A stretch of DNA of 64,000 nt from Myxococcota bacterium (GCA_030065975.1 JASJCN010000001.1:4294-68293); one strand, 5' to 3'; shown: positions 37,152-46,658, numbered from the stretch's first letter. A program made the numbers and translations. Notes: generated from the letters alone by a model not told the origin.

Positions 37152-38750
37152 ATGTCGGATTGGGAGCGCTGGGTCCAGGTCGCCACCCTGATCGTCCTGC
37201 TGGCGATGTTCGTGGTGCCGCCTGCCTTCCTGTTCTTCCTGTATTGGCGCGACCGCGGACAGCAGCAGCACGCCGTGCTGCGCAACTTCCCGATCCTCGG
37301 GCGCGTGCGCTACGCGCTCGAGCACATCGGCCCCGAGCTGCGCCAGTACCTCTTCGACGCCGACCGGAGCGGCAAGCCCTACTCGCGGGACGAGTACCGG
37401 AACCTCGTCTTCGCCCAGAAGTACCTGAAGACGCTGATCTCCTTCGGGTCCAAGCGCGACTACCAGAAGCCGGGCTGGTACCTGCGCAACGCCCTCCTGC
37501 CCACCTTGATGTCCGACATGCGCGTGGACTCGGCGCCCTCCATCACCAGCATGCGCTACAAGGTCGCCCACGAAGGGCTGTTCCGGCGCGAAGAGGCACG
37601 GGAGCCCGTGCAGGTGGCTCCTTGGACGCTGCTTCCGGGTGCCCGGCCCGTGATCGGCCCGGGACTCGCCGAGCCCTGGGAGCTCTCGGGGCTGATCGGG
37701 ATGAGCGCCATGTCCTACGGCGCGCTCGGGCGTCACGCCATCCGCGCGCTCTCCGAGGGGCTCGCGATCGCCACGGGCAGCTGGGTCAACACCGGCGAGG
37801 GCGGGCTCTCCGAGCACCACCAGGTGGGAGGGGGCGACGTCGTGTTCCAGATCGGCCCCGGGCTCTTCGGCGTGCGCGACGAGTCCGGGGCGTTCTGCTG
37901 GGATCGCTTCCAGGAGCATGCTCGCAATCCCCTCGTGCGCGCTTTCGAGCTCAAGTTCCACCAGGGCGCGAAGATCCGGGGCGGTCACGTCGAGGGCGTC
38001 AAGGTGACGCCGGAGATCGCCGCGATTCGCGGCGTGCCGGTCGGCAAGCCGATCGACTCACCCAACCGCTTTCCCATGTTCTCGACGCTGGACCAGGCCT
38101 TCGACCACGTGGCACGCATGCGGGAGCTGGGCGGCAAGCCGGTCGGCATCAAGATCGTGGTCGGTGCTCCGGGATCCGTGGATCCCCTGGCCGAGGCCCT
38201 GGCGCGCCGCGGCGATGGCCCGGACTTCCTGACGATCGACGGAGGCGAGGGCGGCTCGGGAGCGACCTATCAGGAGATGGCGGACTCCATGGGGCTTCCC
38301 ATCGAGAGCGCCATCGTCCTGGTCGACGATGCACTGCGCCGCGCGGGTGTGCGCGATCACGTCAAGCTGATGGCATCGGGCAAGCTGTCGTCGGCGGACC
38401 GCGTGGCGGTGGCCCTGGCGCTCGGGGCCGACGCCGTGAACGTGGCTCGAGGGCTGATGATCTCCGTGGGCTGCATCCAGGCCCAGAAGTGCCACACCAA
38501 CGAGTGTCCCGTGGGCGTCGCGACGACCGACGAGGAGCTGATGAAGGCGCTGGTCGTGGAGGAGAAGCGCCACCGGGTCGCCAACTACGTCATCACGCTC
38601 CGGGCGGGCCTCACCTCCCTCTCGGCCGCGGCCGGGCTGACGGCCCCGACCCAGCTCGAGCGCCAGCACGCGGTCTGGCGCGACGCCATGGGCCGGGTCA
38701 TCCGGGCCGATCAGCTGTTCCCACTGCCCGAGCCTCGCGGGTCCTCCTAG
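37152..38750 (+). CDS. FMN-binding glutamate synthase family protein (GltB central-domain-like) with N-terminal TM
   Basis: SAMSYGALG, TGEGG, LKFHQGAKIRGGH, IDGGEGGSGA, CHTNECPVGVATTD. Confidence 0.85.
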   Translation: MSDWERWVQVATLIVLLAMFVVPPAFLFFLYWRDRGQQQHAVLRNFPILGRVRYALEHIGPELRQYLFDADRSGKPYSRDEYRNLVFAQKYLKTLISFGSKRDYQKPGWYLRNALLPTLMSDMRVDSAPSITSMRYKVAHEGLFRREEAREPVQVAPWTLLPGARPVIGPGLAEPWELSGLIGMSAMSYGALGRHAIRALSEGLAIATGSWVNTGEGGLSEHHQVGGGDVVFQIGPGLFGVRDESGAFCWDRFQEHARNPLVRAFELKFHQGAKIRGGHVEGVKVTPEIAAIRGVPVGKPIDSPNRFPMFSTLDQAFDHVARMRELGGKPVGIKIVVGAPGSVDPLAEALARRGDGPDFLTIDGGEGGSGATYQEMADSMGLPIESAIVLVDDALRRAGVRDHVKLMASGKLSSADRVAVALALGADAVNVARGLMISVGCIQAQKCHTNECPVGVATTDEELMKALVVEEKRHRVANYVITLRAGLTSLSAAAGLTAPTQLERQHAVWRDAMGRVIRADQLFPLPEPRGSS

Positions 38751-38760
38751 TCTCCTACCG

Positions 38761-41067
38761 ATGTCGAGCTGGACCCGCTGGTGCCTGCGTTCGCCGCGAG
38801 TCGCAACGGCGTGTCTGCTACTGGCGACCATCGCGTTCGCGGCCGGCATTCCCCGGGTCCGGAGCGAGGCCGGCTACCGCGCCTTCCTCGGCCCGGATCA
38901 TCCCGCGATCGAGCGCCTCGACGCGCTCACCGAGCGCTTCGGCGGCGGGCTGCCCTTCGCCGCGGTCTTTAGCTGCGTCGAGTCCACCGCCTGCGACAGC
39001 GCCCTCGATCCCGTCTCCCTCGCCATGGCCTACGACGTGGCGCGCAAGCTCGAAGCCGTCCCCGGCGTCACCCGGGTGGACGGGCCCGCGACCAGTCCAC
39101 TGCTGGTGCAGCCGGCGCTCGGGCTCCCCGAGGCGCGGTTCCTGGCTCCCGACGGCGAGCCGGCCCGCGACCTGGCCGCGCTCGCGCGTCGCGCGGTGAA
39201 GGACGCGACCTGGGTCGGGCAGATCCTCTCCGCCGACGCCCGGGCCGGGGCGCTCGTGATCTCCCTCGAGAGCTCGGACCCCGACCTCGGCGTCCGCGCG
39301 CTCGAGACCTTGCGCTCCGCCCTGCGTCCCGCCGAGGCGCGCGGGTTCGTCTTCCATCTGGTGGGAGGCCCCGTCGAGTTCGTCGTGGCCGGCGGGGAGC
39401 TCGAGCGCGCGACCGCGCAGATGGTGCCCGTGATGGTGGCGCTCGCCGGGCTCGTGCTGGCGCTCCTGTTCCGAAGGCCCGCTCCCGCACTGGCCTCGCT
39501 GCTCGGCGTGGGCGTGGCGGTCGTCTGGACCCAGGGAGCTCTCGGGTGGTTCGGCTTCGCGCAGAACAGCCTGACCCAGGTGCTGCCTCCCCTCGTCCTG
39601 GTGATCGGAGTCTGCGACACGATCCACCTGCTCACGGCCTACACGGCCCGGGTCGGCGACGACGCCGATCGCGCCGGGCGCGAGGACGCGCTCGTCGCCG
39701 CCGCAAGGGCGGTCGGGCGCCCGTGTCTCTTCACCACCCTCACGACCGTGGCCGGCTTCCTCTCCTTCCTCGCGAGCGATCTCGAGAGCTTCGCCCGCTT
39801 CGGGGTGATCGCGGCGTTCGGCGTCTCCGCCGCCCTGGTCGCGAGCTTCAGCGCGGTCCCGCTGCTCGTCGCGGCCGTGCCCGCGCGCTGGATCCGCTGG
39901 GCGGAGGGCGAAGCGCGCTTCGCCGCCGTGCTCGGGCGCGTCGCCACCCTCTCGCCGCGGGCGGCGCTCGGGATCGTCGGGACGGCGGTCGTGGTGGCGG
40001 GGCTCGGCGGGGTCGGGATGGCGCGACTCGAGGTCGACGCGCGCTTCGAGGATCTCTACGGCGAGCAGTCCCAGGTGGTGCAGTGGGTCCGCGGCGCCGC
40101 GCGCCACCTGCGCGAGGCCGAGACCCTGGAGATCGCCCTCGAGCTTCCCGAAGGCGTCGGCGTCGACGACGCCCGAGCGCTCGCGGTGCTCTCGCGGCTC
40201 GAGCCGCTCGCCGAGGTTCCGGGCCTGGGAGCGAGCCTCTCGATCCTCGACCCCATGCGCGACCTGAACCGGATGCTCCACGGCGACGAGCTCCGCTTCG
40301 ACGACGGGCTCGACCCGCGTCGCCCGGGGCAGCTGTTCCGGCTGCTGCGCGCCCAGGCTCCGGGCTTCACGGCCCTTCTCGCGGACGGCGAAGGCGGTGC
40401 GCTGCGGCTCTCGCTCCAGGCTGGCAAGAGCCCGATGGAGCGCCTGCGGGAGATCTTGCGCGAGGTGGACACGCATCTCGAGCGGGAGCTACCCGAGGGC
40501 TACCGGGCGGTGGTCACGGGCCCGCTGGCCACGGTGACCGTCATGATCGAGGACATCCGCGCCACCCAGCTCTCGAGCTTCGCCGTGGCGGCGGGGCTGA
40601 TCCTGCTGCTGGTCATGGTCTTCTTCCGCTCCGCGACGATCGGGGCGTTGGCCCTGGTTCCCACCGCATTGCCGGTGATCGGGACCCTCGGCGCCATGGG
40701 CTGGCTCGGCCTCGCCCTCGACGTCGGCAGCGCGATGGTGGCCGCCGTGGTGCTCGGCCTCGCCGTCGACGACGCCATCCACCTGCTCGACGCCGTGGAC
40801 CGGCGCCGGAAGGACGGCGAGACCCTCGAGCAGGCGTTGGGTCATGCCGTGGGTGACGTCGGCCGCGCGCTGGTGACCACCTCGCTGGCGCTCACCGTCG
40901 GGTTCACGGCGCTGTCGCTCTCGCCCTGGAATACGGTGGCGAGCTTCGGTCAGGTGACGGCGATCGCGATCCTCGGCGCCCTCGCCTCGGTGCTGCTCGT
41001 GCTCCCCGCGCTGCTCAAGGTCGGGGCGGGGCCGGGTCGTCGAAGCGAAGCGCCCCCTCGGCCGTGA
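38761..41067 (+). CDS. RND-superfamily exporter, MMPL/HpnN-like (two 6-TM bundles)
   Basis: 768 aa with a duplicated TM-bundle architecture and sterol-sensing-like segments (VLVIGVCDTIHL / VLGLAVDDAIHL). Confidence 0.85.
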   Translation: MSSWTRWCLRSPRVATACLLLATIAFAAGIPRVRSEAGYRAFLGPDHPAIERLDALTERFGGGLPFAAVFSCVESTACDSALDPVSLAMAYDVARKLEAVPGVTRVDGPATSPLLVQPALGLPEARFLAPDGEPARDLAALARRAVKDATWVGQILSADARAGALVISLESSDPDLGVRALETLRSALRPAEARGFVFHLVGGPVEFVVAGGELERATAQMVPVMVALAGLVLALLFRRPAPALASLLGVGVAVVWTQGALGWFGFAQNSLTQVLPPLVLVIGVCDTIHLLTAYTARVGDDADRAGREDALVAAARAVGRPCLFTTLTTVAGFLSFLASDLESFARFGVIAAFGVSAALVASFSAVPLLVAAVPARWIRWAEGEARFAAVLGRVATLSPRAALGIVGTAVVVAGLGGVGMARLEVDARFEDLYGEQSQVVQWVRGAARHLREAETLEIALELPEGVGVDDARALAVLSRLEPLAEVPGLGASLSILDPMRDLNRMLHGDELRFDDGLDPRRPGQLFRLLRAQAPGFTALLADGEGGALRLSLQAGKSPMERLREILREVDTHLERELPEGYRAVVTGPLATVTVMIEDIRATQLSSFAVAAGLILLLVMVFFRSATIGALALVPTALPVIGTLGAMGWLGLALDVGSAMVAAVVLGLAVDDAIHLLDAVDRRRKDGETLEQALGHAVGDVGRALVTTSLALTVGFTALSLSPWNTVASFGQVTAIAILGALASVLLVLPALLKVGAGPGRRSEAPPRP

Positions 41068-41632
41068 AGGTCACGCGCAGCGTGTCGTCGACCCGCAGCA
41101 CGAAGTTCGAGAGGTCGCGCATGCCCCACGCGACGTAGGGGACGTCGAAGGCGCCGCTCACCCGCCCGCGCCCCGGCCCCGTGCGGACGGCCTCCAGGGG
41201 GAAGCGCAGACCCTGGCGACCCCCGTGGATCTCGATCGCTCCCACGAGCTCGCCCGCGAGCCGATCCTCTTCGCGCTCGCTGATCACGATGCGTTCGGGG
41301 AGCAGGACGATCTCGGGATGACGTTCGCTCTCGAGCACCTGCTCGTGCATGTTGGCGTCGCGGGTGCCGTTGCCCGTGTCTCCGCTGCGGGCATCGACGA
41401 CCACCCGTCCCGTGAGCGCTCCCGTCTCGAGGTCGAGGGCGAGCTCGGCCCGGTCCAGCTCGAAGCGGCCTCGGACGGTGTGCAGGGTGGCACCCAGCTC
41501 GAACTCGATTCGCGTGGTCGCGGGCTTGAGCTCGAGGTGCACGGTCTCGGCGGCCGAAGCCACCGGGAGCCAGAGCGCGCTCAGGAGGAGCCCGATCCAC
41601 GCCCCGAGGTCACCCCCTCGACGCCCCGTCAT
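41015..41632 (-). CDS. YceI-like periplasmic lipid/polyisoprenoid-binding protein
   Basis: Signal peptide, then TRIEFELGATLHTVRGRF and DARSGDTGNGTRDANMHEQVLESERHPEI. Confidence 0.8.
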   Translation of the reverse strand: MTGRRGGDLGAWIGLLLSALWLPVASAAETVHLELKPATTRIEFELGATLHTVRGRFELDRAELALDLETGALTGRVVVDARSGDTGNGTRDANMHEQVLESERHPEIVLLPERIVISEREEDRLAGELVGAIEIHGGRQGLRFPLEAVRTGPGRGRVSGAFDVPYVAWGMRDLSNFVLRVDDTLRVTFTAEGALRFDDPAPPRP

Positions 41633-41675
41633 CTGCGTTACGATCACCATGCGCTCACAATGTATTGGAGAAAGC

Positions 41676-42923
41676 ATGTCGGCTGCGCCCTTCGAGGGTC
41701 TCAACATGATCCATCCCGAGACCTATGCCAAGCACGGCTATCCCCACGAGCTGTGGAAGTGGCTGCGGCACAACGATCCCGTCCACTTCGTCGAGCAGCC
41801 CGAGGGCGCGGGCCCCTCCTACTGGGCGATCACCCGCCACGCCGACATCACCGAGATCTCGAAGCAGCCCGACAAGTTCCTGAACAACCCTCGGCTCACG
41901 ATCGGGCACCTGCCCGAGGATCGCACCGACGAGTTCCCCGACACGCTGATCCAGATGGACAACCCGCGTCACCGGGTCTTTCGTCGGCTGATCGCCCATC
42001 GCTTCCAGCCCGCCGCCCTGCGGCGCATGCACGCGGACATCGAGGACATCGGCAAGGAGATCGTCGACGCCCTGGTGCAGAACGACTACGGCGAGTGCGA
42101 CTTCGTCGAGAAGGTGAGCGCCCCGCTTCCCATCGCGGTGCTCGGCTGGCTCCTCGGCGCGCCCAAGTCCGACTGGCCGCTGCTCTTCGACTGGACCAAT
42201 CGCATCATCGGAGCCGGGGATCCGGACTTCCAGGCCGAGGGGTCGACCCCGGTCGAGGCGGCGCGGGCCACCATGGTCGAGCTCTTCACCTACTTCGCCA
42301 AGCAGCTCGAGGAGAAGAAGAAGAACCCGGCCGACGACCTGATGACGCTCTTCACGCAGATGGAGGTCGACGGCAAGAAGCTCGAGCTGATGGACCAGCT
42401 GGCCTGGTGCCTGATCATCGTGGTGGCCGGCAACGAGACGACCCGCAACGGGACGAGCGGCGGCATGCTCGCCTTCGTCGAGAACCCCGACCAGATCCGC
42501 CGGCTGCAGGAGGACCCGTCGCTCCTGGCCCCCGCCGTCGAGGAGTGCGTGCGCTGGAGCACGCCGATCATCCACTTCGCCCGCACGGCGGCCTGCGACT
42601 ACGAGCTGCGCGGCAAGCAGATCCGGGAAGGCGACCCGCTCGCGCTCTTCTACGGCTCGGGCAACCGGGACGAGGACGTCTTCGACGATCCCTACTCCTT
42701 CCGCATCGACCGCAATCCCAACCGGCACCTGGGCTTCGGCGTTGGCGAGCATTTCTGCGTGGGCTCCCACCTCGCTCGACTCGAGATGCAGATCGCCTAC
42801 AAGAACCTGCTGCCGCGAATCGAGGAGGTGGAGCTCGCCGGCCCCGTCGAGCGACTCCACTCGAGCCTGGTCGGCGGCGTGAAGAAGCTGCCGATCCGCT
42901 ACAAGCTGAAGCCGATCGCCTGA
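41676..42923 (+). CDS. cytochrome P450
   Basis: GGAG RBS. AGNETTRN (I-helix), EECVRW (ExxR), and heme loop FGVGEHFCVGSHLA. Confidence 0.9.
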   Translation: MSAAPFEGLNMIHPETYAKHGYPHELWKWLRHNDPVHFVEQPEGAGPSYWAITRHADITEISKQPDKFLNNPRLTIGHLPEDRTDEFPDTLIQMDNPRHRVFRRLIAHRFQPAALRRMHADIEDIGKEIVDALVQNDYGECDFVEKVSAPLPIAVLGWLLGAPKSDWPLLFDWTNRIIGAGDPDFQAEGSTPVEAARATMVELFTYFAKQLEEKKKNPADDLMTLFTQMEVDGKKLELMDQLAWCLIIVVAGNETTRNGTSGGMLAFVENPDQIRRLQEDPSLLAPAVEECVRWSTPIIHFARTAACDYELRGKQIREGDPLALFYGSGNRDEDVFDDPYSFRIDRNPNRHLGFGVGEHFCVGSHLARLEMQIAYKNLLPRIEEVELAGPVERLHSSLVGGVKKLPIRYKLKPIA

Positions 42924-43150
42924 ACACCGTCGGGGTCGCTGCCCCGATGCCGGCCTCGAGCGCGCGTGCGCGATGACGTGTGAAGTTGATTCGCGCGCAA
43001 GAATCACACCGGCCAAGGGTGGCAAGTACCTCCAACAGATCCCGAGCGCGACAATGCGGGCGGTCAATCAGAATCTCCGATCGCGGAGACTGCCAGGCAG
43101 CTCCTGGCGCGTTCAAGATCCCGGCCACCTTCACATTCGGCGGTAGACGC

Positions 43151-43639
43151 ATGATTCGGGAGCTGGCAGAGCGGCTCGATGATACAGAGAGGGCAGTGGT
43201 CCAGGCGGTCTTCGACATCTCGCCTGAGACAATCGACGGCGCGCGGTCAAGCTGTGAGGAGCGAAACAATTTCCTGATCTGCAGGGTGGTTAGCTCCGAT
43301 GATTCCAGATGCCCGTTCGAGTTCCACTTTGGGCAAGACAACGAACGGGGGCGATTCAACTTCTTCTTTGGGCTGGGCGCAGAGCTCCACAACTACGAGA
43401 GCCTTGAGGATCCCGAGGAAAGCGAAGAGTTGGCTGAGGATGTGAGTCGATTCCTCAGGTCTACGATCTCATGCGAACGCACCGTGTCTGGGAAAGGCGA
43501 CGTGATTTCCGAGAGGTACTCACCAGACCAGTTCGTCGTTGGCGGAGTCCAAACCCATTTCTGGTACAGGTCTTCCATGCGGGGATGGGTTCGGCGCAAG
43601 AAGGAGATGTCTTCGTACCGACCCTGGATGGGGGAGTAG
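43151..43639 (+). CDS. hypothetical protein (162 aa) in the lower-GC islet
   Basis: Codon-like periodicity and protein-like composition (MIRELAERLDDTERAVVQAVFDISPE...FEFHFGQDNERGRFNFFFG). No signal peptide. Start uncertain. Confidence 0.5.
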   Translation: MIRELAERLDDTERAVVQAVFDISPETIDGARSSCEERNNFLICRVVSSDDSRCPFEFHFGQDNERGRFNFFFGLGAELHNYESLEDPEESEELAEDVSRFLRSTISCERTVSGKGDVISERYSPDQFVVGGVQTHFWYRSSMRGWVRRKKEMSSYRPWMGE

Positions 43640-43763
43640 AGTCACTGACCGGGCAAAGTCCCAGAGTGGTGGCTCGCAGCTGCTCGAGTTGATTGCTCAC
43701 TCGCGCCCGTCCGATTCGCTCGATCTATGGCGGCGGCAAGTTTGTCTACGAGGGGCAGCAGCC

Positions 43764-44123
43764 GTGCCGTCGCTTGAGTACTACCAGATGGGAGAGATGG
43801 TTGCGTCGACGCTGCCGGAACTCGCCGAACAGATGGATAGGTGTCTCGCCGAGTGGGATCCCGAGTTGCCGGGAGCGGTCAACGTCGCTGATGAGGTGCT
43901 GACCGCGGCTCTAGAGGCTTGGCTGGATCTGCGAGCAGGTGACGAACTGCTAGGTCGCGCGTTTCGCCTCATTGAGACGCTTGCGTCACATGCGGACCCG
44001 GACATCAGGGACGCGATCCAAGTAGGCGTGGTGAACTGGTTGGCTGGCGATCCCGATCGACTACAGAAGGCAAAGCCCTTTATGGGGGCTCGCACGGCGG
44101 AAATGCTCGACGCATTGGGCTAG
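43764..44123 (+). CDS. hypothetical small helical protein (119 aa) in the lower-GC islet
   Basis: GTG with a GAGGGG RBS 9 nt upstream. ...LPELAEQMDRCLAEWDPELPGAVNVADEVLTAALEAWLDL...DIRDAIQVGVVNWLAGDPD. Confidence 0.5.
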   Translation: MPSLEYYQMGEMVASTLPELAEQMDRCLAEWDPELPGAVNVADEVLTAALEAWLDLRAGDELLGRAFRLIETLASHADPDIRDAIQVGVVNWLAGDPDRLQKAKPFMGARTAEMLDALG

Positions 44124-44124
44124 G

Positions 44125-44385
44125 TATCTTGAGCTGGAGGAGCACGAGAAGGTGGCGGAGGCGCGTGGGGATCTCGCGGAACGCGGGAATGAGGGGTCGG
44201 ACTGCTTGCATCAGTGACGGGCCACGGCCCCGAGGCCGAGGTCGCAGTCCTCGTGGACGATCCGACGCAGGACGTCGAGGGCCCCGGCTGGACGTCAGCC
44301 TTTCCGAATAGGACGGGGCATGTCACCGCGGAGGCAGTCGATCTCCTCGTCGACACAAAGCTCGAGGAGGCGGCCGCGAAGGGCT
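44125..44385 (-). pseudogene. decayed fragment paralogous to the 44903..45454 gene
   Basis: Minus-strand translation across three frames gives LLELCVDEEIDCLRGDM, ALDVLRRIVHEDCDLGLGAVARH(stop) and IPAFREIPTRLRHLLV. These match FIELCVGAEFACPRDAM, PRVLAILNQIIHDDGDVDLSAIAHH and LPAFHEIPTRFRDFLV in the intact gene, in the same order. Confidence 0.5.
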
Positions 44386-44389
44386 AGCC

Positions 44390-44857
44390 ATGCATTGTGG
44401 CATCTCGATCGAGACCGACGCAGAGGCGGATCGGCGGTCGCAATTGGTTCAGCAGGTCTCGGACTCCCTCGCTGGACACCTCGTTGGTCAGGACTTCGGA
44501 GGCGGTGTCAGGAGTCTGTTTATCGGATTCATCTGCGAGAGGGTGGTTCCGGGATTCGAGTCCTTCGCGCGCGAAGTGAGGTCCCCGCAGTACGAGCGGG
44601 TTCAACGAGTCGAGCTCATCGGAGGTGGGTTCCGCGACCTGCAGAACACCTTCACCTTCGACGCGAAGCTCGACGAGGATCAGTACGAACGATTCGTCGG
44701 TGGCACCGAGCAGGAGGCCCTCGGCGTCCTCGTGCATGCCTTGCTCGAGTCGCTCGTGGCCCTGGACCAGATGCCGGAGGAAGTCACGGACTTCGACCGC
44801 GATGCGTTTCGATCGGCTGTGGCGGCCCACCTTCGCAGCCTCGAAGAAGGCTGTTAG
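44390..44857 (+). CDS. hypothetical acidic cytoplasmic protein (155 aa)
   Basis: GAAGGG RBS. MHCGISIETDAEADRRSQLVQQVSDSLAGHLVGQDFGGGVRSLFIGFICERVVPGFESFAREV... No recognised family. Confidence 0.5.
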   Translation: MHCGISIETDAEADRRSQLVQQVSDSLAGHLVGQDFGGGVRSLFIGFICERVVPGFESFAREVRSPQYERVQRVELIGGGFRDLQNTFTFDAKLDEDQYERFVGGTEQEALGVLVHALLESLVALDQMPEEVTDFDRDAFRSAVAAHLRSLEEGC

Positions 44858-44902
44858 GCGACGAACGCTGGCGACGGGCCGCTGTCCGTAGACAACGTCC
44901 CC

Positions 44903-45454
44903 TCAGGTCGCGCCCACCGAAGAGGGCGCGAGTTCTCGGATCGTGGAACGTCGCCACGGCGCAGCCAGCGCCGACACGCCCTCCGGCAGGTCCAGGATCT
45001 GGTCCCAATCGGCTCGGCAGCCGAGCTTCTTCGCGGCGTTGCGCCGCGTGCTGGTGACCGCCTGGAGCAGGGTGCGGCTCTCGGGGTCCGCGATCGCCAG
45101 GTCGCGGACGAGGAAGTCGCGGAAGCGTGTGGGGATCTCGTGGAAGGCCGGCAGCGCGCCGGCCGCCTCGCGCCAGTGGTGGGCGATGGCGGACAGGTCG
45201 ACGTCGCCGTCGTCGTGGATGATCTGGTTCAGGATCGCGAGCACGCGAGGGCTCACCCCCACTCGTGCGAAGAGATCGTGCATGGCGTCGCGCGGGCACG
45301 CAAACTCCGCTCCGACGCAGAGCTCGATGAAGCGCTGGACCCGGTCGGGGGTCAGCCCGTCGGGAAGACAGAGCCGGCCGTCGTCGTCGATGCTGACGCC
45401 CTGGGCGACGAAGGTGCCCATGGCTCTTCCCATCAGCCTGTTGAGGAGCCTCAT
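44903..45454 (-). CDS. hypothetical protein (183 aa)
   Basis: ATG preceded by AGGAAAGG. Protein-like composition. Has a decayed paralog at 44125-44385. Confidence 0.6.
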   Translation of the reverse strand: MRLLNRLMGRAMGTFVAQGVSIDDDGRLCLPDGLTPDRVQRFIELCVGAEFACPRDAMHDLFARVGVSPRVLAILNQIIHDDGDVDLSAIAHHWREAAGALPAFHEIPTRFRDFLVRDLAIADPESRTLLQAVTSTRRNAAKKLGCRADWDQILDLPEGVSALAAPWRRSTIRELAPSSVGAT

Positions 45455-45521
45455 GGTCGCGCCGCCTTTCCTGAGGGGGCGGGAGACTAGCCGACGGGAG
45501 CCTCACGAGTGCCCACGGGGT

Positions 45522-46070
45522 TCATGCGCGCTTCAGCGACAGCTGGACCCGCTCCTCGCAGTCGGGGCAGACGACGTGGGTCAGCTGCGGCTGGGGGACC
45601 CGGTCGAGGAGGTCTCCGCTCACGATCGCGGCCTCGAGATCGAGCCAGCTCTCGTCGTTGGCCCGGAGGCGCTTGCAGAAGCTGCAGGCCTCGACCGTGT
45701 CGGCGGAGCGCGGTGAGCTCGGGTCGAGGAGTGGGTGCGCGGCGCGCTCTTCTTCGCGTAGCAACCGGCAGCGGAGACGGATGAAGTCGTTCCGCCCGGG
45801 CTCGATCTCGAGCTCCATGAACCGGCGCCGCCAGGGGGAGTCGCAGCGCATGGGCAGGACGAAGCGGCGACCCCGCGAGCGCACCTCGTCGAACAGGAGC
45901 TCGTAGAGATGGCGCGTCGAGGTGCCCACGATGAACCTCCAGAGGGGCTCGTCGAGCACGGCTTCGCGGGTCAGGGCCGCGGCCTGGTTGTCGCGAGCGA
46001 AGGCGAGCCACGCATCGCTGACGGCCGTGAGTCGATCGTCGGCGTCGATCTCGTAGTCGAAGCTCAGCAC
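45522..46070 (-). CDS. PAS-like domain protein with C-terminal CxxC...CxxC zinc-ribbon-like motif
   Basis: GTG start overlapping the response-regulator stop by 7 nt. FDYEIDADDRLTAVSDAWLAFARDN...; C-terminal CSFCKR...CPDCEE. Confidence 0.6.
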   Translation of the reverse strand: MLSFDYEIDADDRLTAVSDAWLAFARDNQAAALTREAVLDEPLWRFIVGTSTRHLYELLFDEVRSRGRRFVLPMRCDSPWRRRFMELEIEPGRNDFIRLRCRLLREEERAAHPLLDPSSPRSADTVEACSFCKRLRANDESWLDLEAAIVSGDLLDRVPQPQLTHVVCPDCEERVQLSLKRA

Positions 46071-46468
46071 GGGAGTCGGGCAGCCGGCGGATCCGGGAGC
46101 GCATCGGCCTCCGGGAGCAGGCCGAACAGATCCTCGAGCGCGAAGGGTTTGTGCAGGAACACGGCATCCCGGGGCACCAGCCCCTCCTGCTTCACGTTTC
46201 GCTCGGTGAGGCCGGAGATGTAGATCACCCGGAGCGTCGGAAGACGCGCGCGGAGTCGCTCGGCCAGCTCGGGGCCTCCCATCTCGGGCATGACGACGTC
46301 GGTCACGACCCAATCGAGGGGGCCCTCGTGAGCGTCCACCAGTCGCAGGGCCTCCGCCCCGCTCTCCGCCGCCAGCACCCGGTAGCCGAGGCTTCCGATC
46401 GCGTCGGCGAGCATCTCGCGGAAGGCCCGGTCGTCCTCGACCAGAAGGACCGTCACCTGCGTCGTCAT
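46064..46468 (-). CDS. single-domain response regulator (CheY-like receiver)
   Basis: VLLVEDD, phospho-acceptor context VVTDVVMPEMGG, and a C-terminal LHKPF motif. GAGGA RBS. Confidence 0.85.
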   Translation of the reverse strand: MTTQVTVLLVEDDRAFREMLADAIGSLGYRVLAAESGAEALRLVDAHEGPLDWVVTDVVMPEMGGPELAERLRARLPTLRVIYISGLTERNVKQEGLVPRDAVFLHKPFALEDLFGLLPEADALPDPPAARLPC

Positions 46469-46504
46469 GGGGGAGTCCTCACGGACGGCATGGTTCCGGG
46501 TGGT

Positions 46505-46520
46505 TGCATATCCGGTGCCA
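46505..46520 (-). promoter_or_regulatory. candidate sigma-54 promoter TGGCACCGGATATGCA
   Basis: Minus-strand match to TGGCAC-N5-TTGCW with correct GG/GC spacing. The -12 GC lies ~38 nt upstream of ATG 46468. Confidence 0.5.
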
Positions 46521-46658
46521 GCGACCAACGACGCTCTGGCGGGGAGCTGGGCGGACGGAAGCGGGCGTTCCGCCCCAGGCACCGTGGCTCATGGGGACCC
46601 AGGCACCGGGGCCTTCACGCCATCGGGCGCGGCCCGCAGCCGCGACGTGGAACGCGGG

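Noticed and set aside
42568-43392. 274-aa minus-strand ORF crossing the P450 3' end into the lower-GC islet
   Set aside because: Ser/Arg-rich, antisense to the P450 heme-loop region, and with no motifs. The plus-strand ORF 43151..43639 has better coding character.
44541-44570. GGTTCCGGGATTCGAGTCC, reminiscent of a tRNA T-arm
   Set aside because: No complementary stem, acceptor arm or anticodon arm nearby. It lies inside a coding-looking ORF (ERVVPGFESF).
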